From an uncultured Candidatus Saccharibacteria bacterium (GTDB lineage Bacteria > Patescibacteriota > Minisyncoccia > Phycocordibacterales > UBA2100), in the NCBI GenBank assembly GCA_964586255.1, contig CAZPGE010000001.1, positions 750-64,749 of the forward strand: 64,000 nucleotides of DNA, written 5' to 3'. The position numbers and the translations under genes are program-made. Below, in pieces: positions 1-8,906 of this stretch (within the stretch, counting starts at the first letter, position 1; each line of letters opens with the position of its first letter). The notes beneath the pieces are model-generated. The model was not told the origin of the DNA. It did not search any database and saw nothing but the letters and a program-made list of their open reading frames with translations.

Positions 1-2
1 GA

Positions 3-464
3 GATTACCCGATGCCATTTTTCGACGAGTCTGAGACGCCCAACTATAAATCAGCACCGTATGCAGAGCCGCACGTGGCAGCATGGACAAAAAAAATTGC
101 AGAGGCGGATGGCTTTGTCGTCATCGCCGCCGAGTACAATCACGGGTATACAGCTGTCCTCAAGAATGCCCTCGACTATGTTGCGCAAGAATGGCGTGAC
201 AAAGCTGTGGGGTTTGTAGGGTATGGCAGTGCACTAGGTTCGCGTGCCATTGAGCAGCTTCGCGGGGTCGTGGTGGAGCTCCAGATGGCACCGATTCGAT
301 ACGCGGTACACATGCCGTTTGATGTAGTGATGGCAGGTAATAAAGGTACGCCGGAATCGGAACTCTTCAGCGCATATGACGACCGCGGAGAGGGCATGCT
401 CGACCAACTTATTGCGTGGTCCAAGGCGCTCAAGGCTCTCCGCACGCCCGCAAACGCAGCGTGA
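3..464 (+). CDS. NAD(P)H-dependent FMN reductase-like flavoprotein (flavodoxin fold), 5' end probably outside window
   Basis: The ORF 12..464 translation matches the central/C-terminal part of NADPH-FMN reductase family proteins (AAEYNHGYTAVLKNALDY). It lacks the N-terminal Rossmann start, so it is likely a partial gene entering the window. Confidence 0.45.
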   Translation, partial: DYPMPFFDESETPNYKSAPYAEPHVAAWTKKIAEADGFVVIAAEYNHGYTAVLKNALDYVAQEWRDKAVGFVGYGSALGSRAIEQLRGVVVELQMAPIRYAVHMPFDVVMAGNKGTPESELFSAYDDRGEGMLDQLIAWSKALKALRTPANAA

Positions 465-500
465 TATACTAGGATTTCTTAGAAGTTAGCGCATGACACT

Positions 501-749
501 ATGGTAGCTAAAAAAGTAGATGTAAAGATTTATTCGACTCCGACGTGCCATTTTTGTCACGCGGCAAAGGATTTTTTCTCTGCAAATGACGTGGCGTTTA
601 CCGATTACGATGTCGCGGCTGATCTCGAAAAGCGTAAGGAAATGATTGAGAAGAGTGGTCAGATGGGTGTGCCGGTCATTGATGTCGGTGGCACATATGT
701 AGTCGGCTTCGACGAGGGTAAGCTCCGAGAATTGCTCGAAATTAAATAG
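501..749 (+). CDS. glutaredoxin-like protein (NrdH/Grx family)
   Basis: 82 aa with a CHFC active-site motif near the N-terminus (STPTCHFCHAAK) and a VPVI..G motif, consistent with a thioredoxin fold. Confidence 0.75.
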   Translation: MVAKKVDVKIYSTPTCHFCHAAKDFFSANDVAFTDYDVAADLEKRKEMIEKSGQMGVPVIDVGGTYVVGFDEGKLRELLEIK

Positions 750-812
750 TTTTCACAGTGCCACAAAAAGAAAAAGCAGCTGCAATTGCAGCTGCTTTTT
801 CTTTATCGTGAT

Positions 813-884
813 TGCCCCTGGCAGGAATCGAACCCACATCTCTCCCTTAGGACGGGATTGCTCTATCCATTGAGCTACAGGGGC
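813..884 (-). tRNA. tRNA-Arg (anticodon CCT)
   Basis: The reverse complement gives a 72-nt cloverleaf: acceptor GCCCCTG/CAGGGGC, D-arm GCTC..GAGC, anticodon loop GTCCTAA (CCT), T-loop TTCGATT, discriminator A. No CCA is encoded. Confidence 0.8.
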
Positions 885-925
885 GATGGCGCCACTGTAA
901 CACAGGGCATGCTACGATTTCACTC

Positions 926-1165
926 ATGCAGTGGCAGGACATCGTCATCGCGATATGCAGTTGGGCAGGCACGATAGCACTCTTGCCGTCGATATTTGGT
1001 ACCGACAAGCCGGCGCTCTCTTCCTGCATTTTTACGACGGTCATTGTTGCCACATTCGGCATCTGCTACTTCACCCTAGGGCTCTTCAGTGCTGCAGCAT
1101 CCGCATGGGTTCTCGCCGGGGCGTGGCTCGTACTCGCTGTGCAGCAGTGGCTGCGCAGGGGATGA
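926..1165 (+). CDS. hypothetical small membrane protein
   Basis: 79-aa ORF with two hydrophobic helices. It is in tandem with the next ORF (4-nt gap) and overlapped by an alternative frame (931..1176) that looks less protein-like. Confidence 0.3.
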   Translation: MQWQDIVIAICSWAGTIALLPSIFGTDKPALSSCIFTTVIVATFGICYFTLGLFSAAASAWVLAGAWLVLAVQQWLRRG

Positions 1166-1168
1166 AGA

Positions 1169-1483
1169 GTGAGTGATACACTTGCATATATGGATCACGA
1201 CGAGATGCTGAAAGAAACGTACCGACTTGCACAAGACAACAACCGCATGCTGCGCTCCATGCGCCGCAACGCGTTTTGGGGTGGGCTTTTCCGACTTGCT
1301 CTCTACGCTGCGCTGCTCCTCGTGCCCGTGTGGTTTTACTTCACGTATATGGCGCCCGTGGTCGAGCAGATGATGCAGACCGTGCAGCAAATACAAGGAA
1401 CAGGCGCAAAGGCGGAGGCCCAGTTTACGGGCTTTCAAGAAGCGTGGAGAGAGTTTCAAGAGAAGTTTAAATCGTCCCAATAG
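1169..1483 (+). CDS. hypothetical membrane protein
   Basis: 104-aa ORF (GTG at 1169, ATG at 1190) with one clear TM helix (LALYAALLLVPVWFYF) and a Gln-rich C-terminus. Confidence 0.4.
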   Translation: MSDTLAYMDHDEMLKETYRLAQDNNRMLRSMRRNAFWGGLFRLALYAALLLVPVWFYFTYMAPVVEQMMQTVQQIQGTGAKAEAQFTGFQEAWREFQEKFKSSQ

Positions 1484-1529
1484 TGGCAGTTTGAGAAATC
1501 ACGCGATGACAGGTATATTGTGAGGCGTC

Positions 1530-1602
1530 GCCGAGATAGCTCAGTTGGTAGAGCATTCCCCTGAAGAGGGAAGGGTCACCAGTTCGAATCTGGTTCTCGG
1601 CA
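1530..1602 (+). tRNA. tRNA-Phe (anticodon GAA)
   Basis: 73-nt cloverleaf: GCCGAGA acceptor, GCTC/GAGC D-stem, anticodon stem TTCCC/GGGAA with loop CTGAAGA (GAA), T-loop TTCGAAT, discriminator A. Confidence 0.85.
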
Positions 1603-1612
1603 CAATGTAGGG

Positions 1613-2188
1613 TTAGAGACCCATCGTAAACGTCATGGCGCTGCCAGCTGGCTGGAGCCACTTCGACGTATCGAGCTGTATCTCACGTGACTTGCCGAGC
1701 TCTTTATATTTGAGGGAGCCATTCTCGAGCGCATAGTCGAAGAGTCTTTTGGTAAGCTCTACGTCTTTTAGGCAATACTGCCGCACCTTATCGACTTCTC
1801 CCGCCTTCCACCACTGCACCGACTGCGAGCCGTGCCCGCTTTTCTTCGCACCGAGCGTGCCTTCGGCAATAGCGTCGAGGCGCAATCTGCGGCCAAAAGT
1901 CTTGTAGACCTCGGCCATGATATCGAGGCTCTTTATCTTAGTGAGATCGCCCGGATAGTACTTATTGAGGAGGGGAATATCAAAGTGGTCAGAGTTGTAC
2001 CCGACGAGGATGTCGGTGCGCTCCAGTATCGGCCAGAGCTGAGCGAGCTCGGACTCTAGGTAGCTCGAGTACGAATCGGTCTCAGAATCATGAATGCACA
2101 CTATCGCTATTGAGAGGTCTGCAGGATTCGACGAACCGGTATCCGTAATCCAATTCGCTGTTTCTATATCAAATACCACGGTTCGCAT
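1613..2188 (-). CDS. 3'-5' exonuclease, DEDD (DnaQ/RNase T-like) family
   Basis: N-terminal VVFDIETA Exo I motif and an H-x4-D type C-terminal motif; 191 aa. Confidence 0.7.
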   Translation of the reverse strand: MRTVVFDIETANWITDTGSSNPADLSIAIVCIHDSETDSYSSYLESELAQLWPILERTDILVGYNSDHFDIPLLNKYYPGDLTKIKSLDIMAEVYKTFGRRLRLDAIAEGTLGAKKSGHGSQSVQWWKAGEVDKVRQYCLKDVELTKRLFDYALENGSLKYKELGKSREIQLDTSKWLQPAGSAMTFTMGL

Positions 2189-2216
2189 CGCGCGATTATA
2201 GCAGATTCGGATTGTC

Positions 2217-3488
2217 TTATCCGAGTGAGCTAAACAAATGCTCTGCGATCCTATCAGCGGGAAGCGTTATTTCTGCCCCCGTCGAGAGATTTTTTATGGT
2301 GTAGCGGCCCTCAAGGCGCTCTTTTGAACCTACCGCGATTACAAAGGGGACTTTCATTTTGTCGGCTTGGCGGATTTGGTCGCCGATGCGCTTTCCGGAG
2401 AAATTGACAGCAACCGTGACGTCTTCGCGACGCAAATCTTGTGCCAGGCGCATTGCATGGCTCTTCGCCTCATCTTCAACGATGCACACCATCACCTCCG
2501 TCGCGGGAGCGTACTCGGGAAGAAGCGCATGCGCTTCAAGGAAATCACGTGTAGTGACGTCGCCCATAGCGAAACCAACGGCAGGAACCGGTTCTCCACC
2601 GAAGAGCGTGAGAAGGTTGTCGTAGCGTCCTCCGCCCGCGATGGAGCGTTTGTTGCTCTCATGCGTGTCGAACACTTCAAAGACCATCCCGGTGTAATAA
2701 TCAAATCCGCGCGTAATGGTCGTGTCGACAATCAAGTTGCCCACACCCATGTGTTCGAGAGTGATGCGGAGTTCTTCCAGGTATGCGGTCGAGGTGGTGC
2801 GCTCAAGCTCAGCGACGAGCTCCACTGCCTTCTCTTCATGGCGGATGAGGTCGGTAAGCTGCTTCTCAAAATCCTCCACCTTGGCGCGTCTGTCGAGAAG
2901 GCGCGTTACCTCGGCGGCGTACTCCTTGGCGATGCCCACCGAGTGATAGACCGCGTCGAGTACTCTGCGGTCTGATACGCGTATCTCAAAGTCACGCTCT
3001 TCGGCGCCCATCGAGCGAAGCGTGGAATGCGCCATGGCTATTACCTCCGCATCTGCCTCCACGCCTTCGGCGCCGACGAGATCTGCGTTGAGCTGCCAGA
3101 ACTCACGCAAGCGACCCTTTTGCGTGCCCTCGTAGCGGAAACAATTGGCGATCGAGTACCAGCGGGCGGGGAAAGGGATCTCGCGCTGCTTCGCAGCTAC
3201 CATGCGCGCAAACGTAGGAGTGAGCTCGGGGCGAAGTGTCACTTCTCGGTCGCCGCGGTCGATAAAGGTATATGTCTGGTGATTGACGATTTCCTCGCTC
3301 GTCTTCGATCGATAGAGCTCAGCGGGCTCAAGCACCGATGCGTTGTATTCCTCGTAGCCGAAGAGCTCACAGACGCGCTCCATATGCTCAAACATGTACC
3401 GCTGGATGAATTGGTCCTGCGGATAGAAATCTCGTACGCCCTTGTACGGTTCCGTGGAGAGTTTGTCGCGCTTGGTCATGTGGCTCAT
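2217..3488 (-). CDS. hisS: histidine--tRNA ligase
   Basis: 423 aa with class II aaRS motifs (RPELT, FRYE..GR.REF, GGGRYD) and a C-terminal anticodon-binding domain. Confidence 0.9.
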   Translation of the reverse strand: MSHMTKRDKLSTEPYKGVRDFYPQDQFIQRYMFEHMERVCELFGYEEYNASVLEPAELYRSKTSEEIVNHQTYTFIDRGDREVTLRPELTPTFARMVAAKQREIPFPARWYSIANCFRYEGTQKGRLREFWQLNADLVGAEGVEADAEVIAMAHSTLRSMGAEERDFEIRVSDRRVLDAVYHSVGIAKEYAAEVTRLLDRRAKVEDFEKQLTDLIRHEEKAVELVAELERTTSTAYLEELRITLEHMGVGNLIVDTTITRGFDYYTGMVFEVFDTHESNKRSIAGGGRYDNLLTLFGGEPVPAVGFAMGDVTTRDFLEAHALLPEYAPATEVMVCIVEDEAKSHAMRLAQDLRREDVTVAVNFSGKRIGDQIRQADKMKVPFVIAVGSKERLEGRYTIKNLSTGAEITLPADRIAEHLFSSLG

Positions 3489-3546
3489 TATGCCCCGTAT
3501 CGGGATTTCGGCAACGAGGTTTGATGACGTGCTATACTCGCCGACT

Positions 3547-3954
3547 ATGAATCAGGTGATAGATGCACGGTTTGAAATACGCGACGCTGCCGAAGGTGTA
3601 GGCAAAGGCCTTTTTGCACTCGTGCCGATACGGAAAGGGGATTTCGTATTGGAATACACAGGCAAGAAGATCCCGACTAAAGTGGCGGACGATATGGAGG
3701 AGGCACGCTACCTCTTTGAGATTGATAGTAAATGGACTATCGATGGTGAAGATGAGTCAAATACTGCGCGCTATATCAATCATGGCTGTGAGCCCAATGT
3801 AGAAGCCGAGGTTCACGACGGACACATCCTTATTACTGCTGTGCGCGAAATCGAAGCGGGCGAGGAGCTCACCATCGATTACGGGGAAGAGTACTACGAT
3901 GAGTTTATAAAACCGGTAGGGTGTCGCTGCGGCGCGAAAAAACACATTCGCTAA
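3547..3954 (+). CDS. SET-domain protein (putative protein-lysine methyltransferase)
   Basis: SET signature motifs NHGCEPN and ELTIDYG, plus a C-terminal Cys cluster (CRCGAKK). The start is moved to the internal ATG at 3547 because the longer ORF would overlap the divergent hisS start. Confidence 0.7.
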   Translation: MNQVIDARFEIRDAAEGVGKGLFALVPIRKGDFVLEYTGKKIPTKVADDMEEARYLFEIDSKWTIDGEDESNTARYINHGCEPNVEAEVHDGHILITAVREIEAGEELTIDYGEEYYDEFIKPVGCRCGAKKHIR

Positions 3955-3982
3955 AGACGGGCGGCGGTACAGGGTGTCGCAT

Positions 3983-4498
3983 CTATGCGTTGCCGATAAG
4001 TACGCCTGCGAGGAACACCAAGGCGCCGCCGAAGACGACCTGCGCAATCGAAGACCAGAAGCTCAGTTTGAAGTAGTGGAAACGAATATAACTAATGACG
4101 ATGAGTTCAATCCCGACGACGAGGTACGCCAGATAGAGCGCAAGTGTGATATCGGGCACGAGAAACGGAATCGTGTGAAAGATGCCGCCCACAAATGTCG
4201 CTAAGCCGACAATCAGCCCGCGGATGGCAGGGTGTCCGCGGCCAGTGTGTTCGCCTGTGTCAGAGAGGCCTTCGGCGAAGGCCATTGAGATGGCAGCGCC
4301 TATAGCGGCTGCGGTACCGACGAGGAAGGCGATGTGAGAGTCGCCGCTCGCAAAGGCTGCCGCGAAAAGCGGCGCAAGTGTCGAGATGGAGCCGTCGATG
4401 AGCCCCACGAGTGAAGGCTGGACGACCTTGAGGAGAAAGGCGCGGTCGACATCTTCAATATGGAGTGCGCGCTCGGCGTCTTCTACGAGATGGCTCAT
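3983..4498 (-). CDS. VIT1/CCC1-family (vacuolar iron transporter-like) membrane protein
   Basis: N-terminal cytosolic helix followed by Gly/Ala-rich TM helices typical of the VIT family; start at MSHLVEDAERALHIEDVDRAF. Confidence 0.6.
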   Translation of the reverse strand: MSHLVEDAERALHIEDVDRAFLLKVVQPSLVGLIDGSISTLAPLFAAAFASGDSHIAFLVGTAAAIGAAISMAFAEGLSDTGEHTGRGHPAIRGLIVGLATFVGGIFHTIPFLVPDITLALYLAYLVVGIELIVISYIRFHYFKLSFWSSIAQVVFGGALVFLAGVLIGNA

Positions 4499-4568
4499 GG
4501 GGCGAGTATAGCAAATTCGGATACTGGTCGCGTTTGGCATACGCTGGTAGAGGGGCTATGATATCAAC

Positions 4569-4946
4569 ATGAAAAACGGCGTATACATCTTCTGGGGCCT
4601 CATTATCGTGGTCATCGTGGTCGTACTTGGGGGCAGTTTCTTTGTCTCCTCAAAGCCCGGCAAACTTGATAGCTTTGCGCAATGTCTCAAGGACAAGGGT
4701 GCGGTGTTTTATGGTGCGTTTTGGTGTCCTCATTGCCAGGCGACAAAGGCACTCTTCGGGCGCTCAGCTAAGCTCCTTCCATATGTGGAGTGCTCTACGC
4801 CCAATGGCAAGGACCAGCTCGCGGTGTGTAAAGATAAGGGCGTAGAAGGATATCCGACATGGATTTTTGCCTCCGGTAATCGTCTCACGGGAGAGCTCAC
4901 GCTCGCACAGCTTGCAGCGGAGACGCAGTGCACGCTTCCGCAATAA
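4569..4946 (+). CDS. membrane-anchored thioredoxin-like protein (BdbD/VKOR-associated type)
   Basis: N-terminal TM helix then a CPHC active site (GAFWCPHCQATK). Confidence 0.6.
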   Translation: MKNGVYIFWGLIIVVIVVVLGGSFFVSSKPGKLDSFAQCLKDKGAVFYGAFWCPHCQATKALFGRSAKLLPYVECSTPNGKDQLAVCKDKGVEGYPTWIFASGNRLTGELTLAQLAAETQCTLPQ

Positions 4947-4948
4947 CT

Positions 4949-5485
4949 ATGTATCCGATTGAGACTCTCAACTATCTCCTGGGACTTGCAACAATTGTCT
5001 TGCAGTTCGTGACGCTCGCACTCATCGTACTTCTCATCGCACGGAAGAAGTACCCGGCACTTGCCGATGCATCGAAGCCTGTGGAGACGTGGGGTTTGTG
5101 GATAGTGCTCGCTACAGTAGTCGGCGCTGTCTCAATGGCCCTCTACTATTCGGAGATTCTCGGCATCATCCCGTGCGGGCTGTGTTGGCTTATGCGCATC
5201 TTTATGTTCTCCCAGGTGCCACTCTTTGCGCTCGCCGCGTGGCGTGGCGACAAGAATATTGCCGACTACTCAATCGTACTTTCAATATTTGGTATTTTTC
5301 TCGGGTTTTACCAACACTATCTGCAGATGGGCGGCGCTTCAGTCTTGCCGTGCCCGGCTTCCGGCGGAGGTGATTGCGGGCTCCGATTCATGTTTGAATT
5401 TGGCTACATCACGTTCCCATTGATGGGGGCATCGCTCTTCGCGTTCCTTATCGTACTCATGCTCTTCGTGCGAAAGCGCATCTAA
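4949..5485 (+). CDS. DsbB-like disulfide bond formation protein (BdbC type)
   Basis: Four TM helices with CGLCW and CPASGGGDC periplasmic cysteine pairs. Start taken at the ATG 3 nt after the upstream stop. Confidence 0.6.
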   Translation: MYPIETLNYLLGLATIVLQFVTLALIVLLIARKKYPALADASKPVETWGLWIVLATVVGAVSMALYYSEILGIIPCGLCWLMRIFMFSQVPLFALAAWRGDKNIADYSIVLSIFGIFLGFYQHYLQMGGASVLPCPASGGGDCGLRFMFEFGYITFPLMGASLFAFLIVLMLFVRKRI

Positions 5486-5540
5486 GCAAAGAATCGGCCA
5501 GAGAACTCTTCCGTGTGGAGCGTTCAATTATGTGTCTTCG

Positions 5541-6677
5541 TTAGAGAACCGGCTCGGAGTTGCGACGTCTCATGAAATGTCCTTCGAGAGAGAACCTATC
5601 GTAGCCGTGCAAAAAGAGCGCGACTGCGAGACCAAAGAGAATACCGTGCGGCCAAATGAGCTCTTGGAAGTAAATGAGCGAGAGAGTGAGCCAAAAAGCG
5701 AGGAAGATGAGCGTCCAGCGAATTGCAATTCCAAAGAACAAAAGTGCGCCCGCGAGGAATTCGATAATAAGCGCGCCTAGTACCACAAAGAGTGGATCAA
5801 AATGGAAGTACTTTGTGAGGTTGTAAGTAATCACGACCTGGAGTGCGAGCGCGCTGTAGATGTATTTTGCATAGATAGAGGCAAACATGACACCGAACCC
5901 GAAGAGCATACGGAGAATAGGGAATGCAAACGGACGGAGTTGCTCTATAAAGCGTGGTGCATTGACCTCATTGAGATGCAGCGCGCGAGAGAACGAGAAC
6001 CCTCCGCTCCCGAGCAGAATGAGAAGTATGTAGAGGCCGAGATGATCGGTGTAGGTGAATATGTACCAACCGTTCACGGTGCCGGCGTATGCATAGACGA
6101 GCAAGAGTGCGAGCGCGAAAGGTCTCGTGAATGTGCCGAGCGTGAGAGAAATGCCCGCAACGACAAAGAATGCTTGCATGAACGTTGTGGCTCCTCCAAA
6201 GAGCGAGTCGAAAGGTATTTCGGTGCCGTAGAGAGCTCCTGCATAGCCAAAAGAAATAGTCGTGAGGCCAGCCGTGATTCGAGCCACGGGTAATGCGTAC
6301 TTCTTAAGGCGCATAAGTGAGGGGGAGAGACTTTTTTCGAAAAGCCTAAAGAATGTCGCGGCTGCGATGGTAGCAACAGTCACGAACCCTATGAAAGCCC
6401 AAAAAAAGAATTGAAATTCGTTACCAGCAATAGCCGAGAAGGGGTCGGGCGAAGGGTTTTCCATAGCGACACGCACCATATCGAGCGGAAGTACATACAC
6501 CTCATGCGCAGATACCGCAAACGGTAGAAGAGAAATCGCTCCTATTCCGCCCACAATGAGTGCAGGGTATTTTTGAAAAGTCTCTCGCAAGCGTGACGAC
6601 GCTGAGAGGAGCAGATTCGCCACCAGGCGAATACGCGGGCTTTTCAGAAATATCCTGTCGAATGTCTCTTTACGCAT
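5541..6677 (-). CDS. polytopic membrane protein, C-terminal part DoxX-like
   Basis: 378 aa with at least 8 predicted TM helices; the C-terminal third resembles DoxX-family proteins. No catalytic motif recognised. Confidence 0.4.
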   Translation of the reverse strand: MRKETFDRIFLKSPRIRLVANLLLSASSRLRETFQKYPALIVGGIGAISLLPFAVSAHEVYVLPLDMVRVAMENPSPDPFSAIAGNEFQFFFWAFIGFVTVATIAAATFFRLFEKSLSPSLMRLKKYALPVARITAGLTTISFGYAGALYGTEIPFDSLFGGATTFMQAFFVVAGISLTLGTFTRPFALALLLVYAYAGTVNGWYIFTYTDHLGLYILLILLGSGGFSFSRALHLNEVNAPRFIEQLRPFAFPILRMLFGFGVMFASIYAKYIYSALALQVVITYNLTKYFHFDPLFVVLGALIIEFLAGALLFFGIAIRWTLIFLAFWLTLSLIYFQELIWPHGILFGLAVALFLHGYDRFSLEGHFMRRRNSEPVL

Positions 6678-8322
6678 GTCGTATCATCGAATGTTCGATA
6701 TCTTCTATTGTACCTCCTACTTTCTTGCCAGGGTTCAAAATATTGCGTGGGTCGAATATCTTTTTGGTCTCCGCAAAAAGCTGGATTATGCGCTCGTCGT
6801 ACATGATAGGGAGATAGGGTGTGCGGATAATACCGTCGTTGTGCTCCCCGGTAATCGAACCTTTGTATTTAGCGACTATTTTGTAGACCTTGGGTTGGAG
6901 GTCGATGATTTCGCGGCGCTGGTCTTCTTTGGAGAGGTCTAGAAGCGGGATGATATGGAAGTTGGCATCACCGATGTGTCCCGCAATGGTGTAGAGAAGA
7001 TGATGCTGCTTCAGTAGATCATTGAGCTCGGGCATAAACTGCGGGTAATTGTCGGGATGCACCACCACGTCGTCGATAAACGGGGCGGCGTAAAGTCCCT
7101 TGAGATTTTTACGTAGGAGCGCAAAGCTCTCTCTGCGGATAGTCCAATACTTCGCCGCCTGCGTCTCGGACTTTGCAAGCTTTGTCCGGACGGGAAGACC
7201 ATGGAGTGCGTGCCCAGCATGACGCGCGTCCTCGACTGCCCCCTCAGCAGTATCTGCCGCAAATTCCGCCATAAGGACGAGCTTCGGTACGCCGCCGGTG
7301 AGTACCATATAGAGCTCAGGGATAAAGGCAAACGCAAGCTTGAACATCTGGACGAATCCGAAGTGTTTCAGAATCTGAGGCACGAAGCGTACTGCGAGCT
7401 TGAACGTCTGGTCGTCGTATGACTCAAATGATTCTGGTCCGACCTCGAGGACACGTCGCACTATCTCCGGCAGTACTTCGATGTCGGAGAGAAACACCAC
7501 CAGCATGGCACGGTGCGCTTTCATTTTCACCAACCCAAGTTTTGCCTTAGTGACTATGGCGAGTGTCCCTTGGGAGCCCGTGATGATCTGCGTGAGGTCA
7601 AAAGTTCCTTTTTCTTTGTCGACAATATTCCAGAGCGCGTATCCCGCAGAGTTTTTGGTGACTGAAGGTCGTGCGGCTTCTATCTCGGCAGCGTGCTCGG
7701 TAAGCAGCGCATGCATCTTGCGGTAGATATCTCCCTCGAGCGTTTGCAAGCCCATTTTTTCGGAGAGCTCGATGCCAGTAAGAGGCCGGAACGTGGCGCT
7801 TGAGCCGTCGGAGAGCACCGTCTGAAGCTCGCGGACGTACCTATTGGTCTTGCCGTATTGCAACGTAAGCTCGCCGCCGGAATTGTTGGATACTATACCG
7901 CCGATAGCGCAGAGCTGTCTGGAGGCAGGGTACGAGGGGAGGAGCATGCCCGTCTTTTCGAGTGTCTCTTTCTCAAAGTCACGATAGTAGAGACCAGGCT
8001 CGGCTACCGCGAAGTCGCTCCCCACCTCCACCATGCGGTTCATGTATTTCGTAAATACGAGCGAGATGGAGTCGGTAAGCGGTCCGCCGGTCATGTCGGT
8101 GCCGGCTGAGCGTGCGGCGATGGATACTTTCTCGCCGCGCCCGGCCGCCTCATGCGCGTAGCTCACTACCGCCGAGACGTCAGACTCGCTTTTTGGGAAT
8201 ACTACGAGCTCAGGGGAGCGTTCAAAGACGCTCGTGTCGCGGCTGTATTTTTGTATCGTCGCACTATCATCAGCGACATCACCTTTGATGACGCGTGCAA
8301 GACGCTCTTTGAGCGAATTCAT
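6670..8322 (-). CDS. FAD-linked oxidase (GlcD / D-lactate dehydrogenase family)
   Basis: 550 aa with an N-terminal FAD-binding PCMH-type domain (KVSIAARSAGTDMTGG) and a C-terminal FAD-oxidase_C domain. Confidence 0.75.
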   Translation of the reverse strand: MNSLKERLARVIKGDVADDSATIQKYSRDTSVFERSPELVVFPKSESDVSAVVSYAHEAAGRGEKVSIAARSAGTDMTGGPLTDSISLVFTKYMNRMVEVGSDFAVAEPGLYYRDFEKETLEKTGMLLPSYPASRQLCAIGGIVSNNSGGELTLQYGKTNRYVRELQTVLSDGSSATFRPLTGIELSEKMGLQTLEGDIYRKMHALLTEHAAEIEAARPSVTKNSAGYALWNIVDKEKGTFDLTQIITGSQGTLAIVTKAKLGLVKMKAHRAMLVVFLSDIEVLPEIVRRVLEVGPESFESYDDQTFKLAVRFVPQILKHFGFVQMFKLAFAFIPELYMVLTGGVPKLVLMAEFAADTAEGAVEDARHAGHALHGLPVRTKLAKSETQAAKYWTIRRESFALLRKNLKGLYAAPFIDDVVVHPDNYPQFMPELNDLLKQHHLLYTIAGHIGDANFHIIPLLDLSKEDQRREIIDLQPKVYKIVAKYKGSITGEHNDGIIRTPYLPIMYDERIIQLFAETKKIFDPRNILNPGKKVGGTIEDIEHSMIRHA

Positions 8323-8342
8323 GTCTCGAAATTATACCAGCC

Positions 8343-8373
8343 AAAAGAAAGAGGCCGCCTAGAGAGCGGCCTC
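8343..8373 (-). terminator. rho-independent terminator downstream of the 8401..8760 gene
   Basis: Read on the minus strand: hairpin GAGGCCGC-7nt loop-GCGGCCTC followed by TTTCTTTT. Confidence 0.6.
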
Positions 8374-8400
8374 CATCGGTGCATTGAACCGCGATTCATC

Positions 8401-8760
8401 TCACCCCGGGTCGAGACCCGCGGTCTTGAGCAAAGTGCGTGTCTCATCGACGATTGCAAACGGAGAGTATTTTCGCTCGATGAACTCGAGGACCTTCGTG
8501 CGCAGAGAGCGAACGATGGTGTCGATGCTCGAGGCATTCGCAAAGTCGGGGATGCGCGTACAGCTGCGCGCCCACTTTTCGGCCTCATCGCAGACCGCTC
8601 TCGCGCACGCTTCACCGCGAATGAGGCGAGCACACGTTTGCTCGAGCGTACGTTCATGCTCGTTGAGTTCGCGGGGCGCGTAGCCAGGCACGGGCGGGGG
8701 AGCCGGAAAATGCTTCTCGTCCCAGCCAGTGTTTCCGTCGACGACTTCGATTTGAGCCAT
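8401..8760 (-). CDS. hypothetical protein
   Basis: 119-aa ORF with its own downstream terminator. No recognisable motif. Confidence 0.4.
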   Translation of the reverse strand: MAQIEVVDGNTGWDEKHFPAPPPVPGYAPRELNEHERTLEQTCARLIRGEACARAVCDEAEKWARSCTRIPDFANASSIDTIVRSLRTKVLEFIERKYSPFAIVDETRTLLKTAGLDPG

Positions 8761-8841
8761 AGCGATTTCCTCCTTGCGTGCCGGTCATGGCACGCTCCTT
8801 CGAGAACTATGCGAGAAACACAAATTGAAGTCAATGTGTGT

Positions 8842-8876
8842 GAAAAAGAAAGAGGCCGCCAACTGGTGGCGACCTC
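8842..8876 (-). terminator. rho-independent terminator downstream of the GNAT gene
   Basis: On the minus strand: hairpin GAGGTCGCC..GGCGGCCTC followed by TTTCTTTTTC. It shares the 16-nt AAAGAAAGAGGCCGCC with the terminator at 8343. Confidence 0.6.
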
Positions 8877-8906
8877 ATCGTCGATAGGTACTTCAGGGAA
8901 TCCGCT

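Noticed and set aside
931-1176. alternative-frame 81-aa ORF overlapping the 926..1165 ORF
   Set aside because: Its Arg/His/Cys-rich composition is less protein-like than the hydrophobic membrane frame. Only one of the two can be real.
2367-2975. 202-aa plus-strand ORF
   Set aside because: It lies entirely antisense within hisS, has no motifs, and is a typical high-GC shadow ORF.
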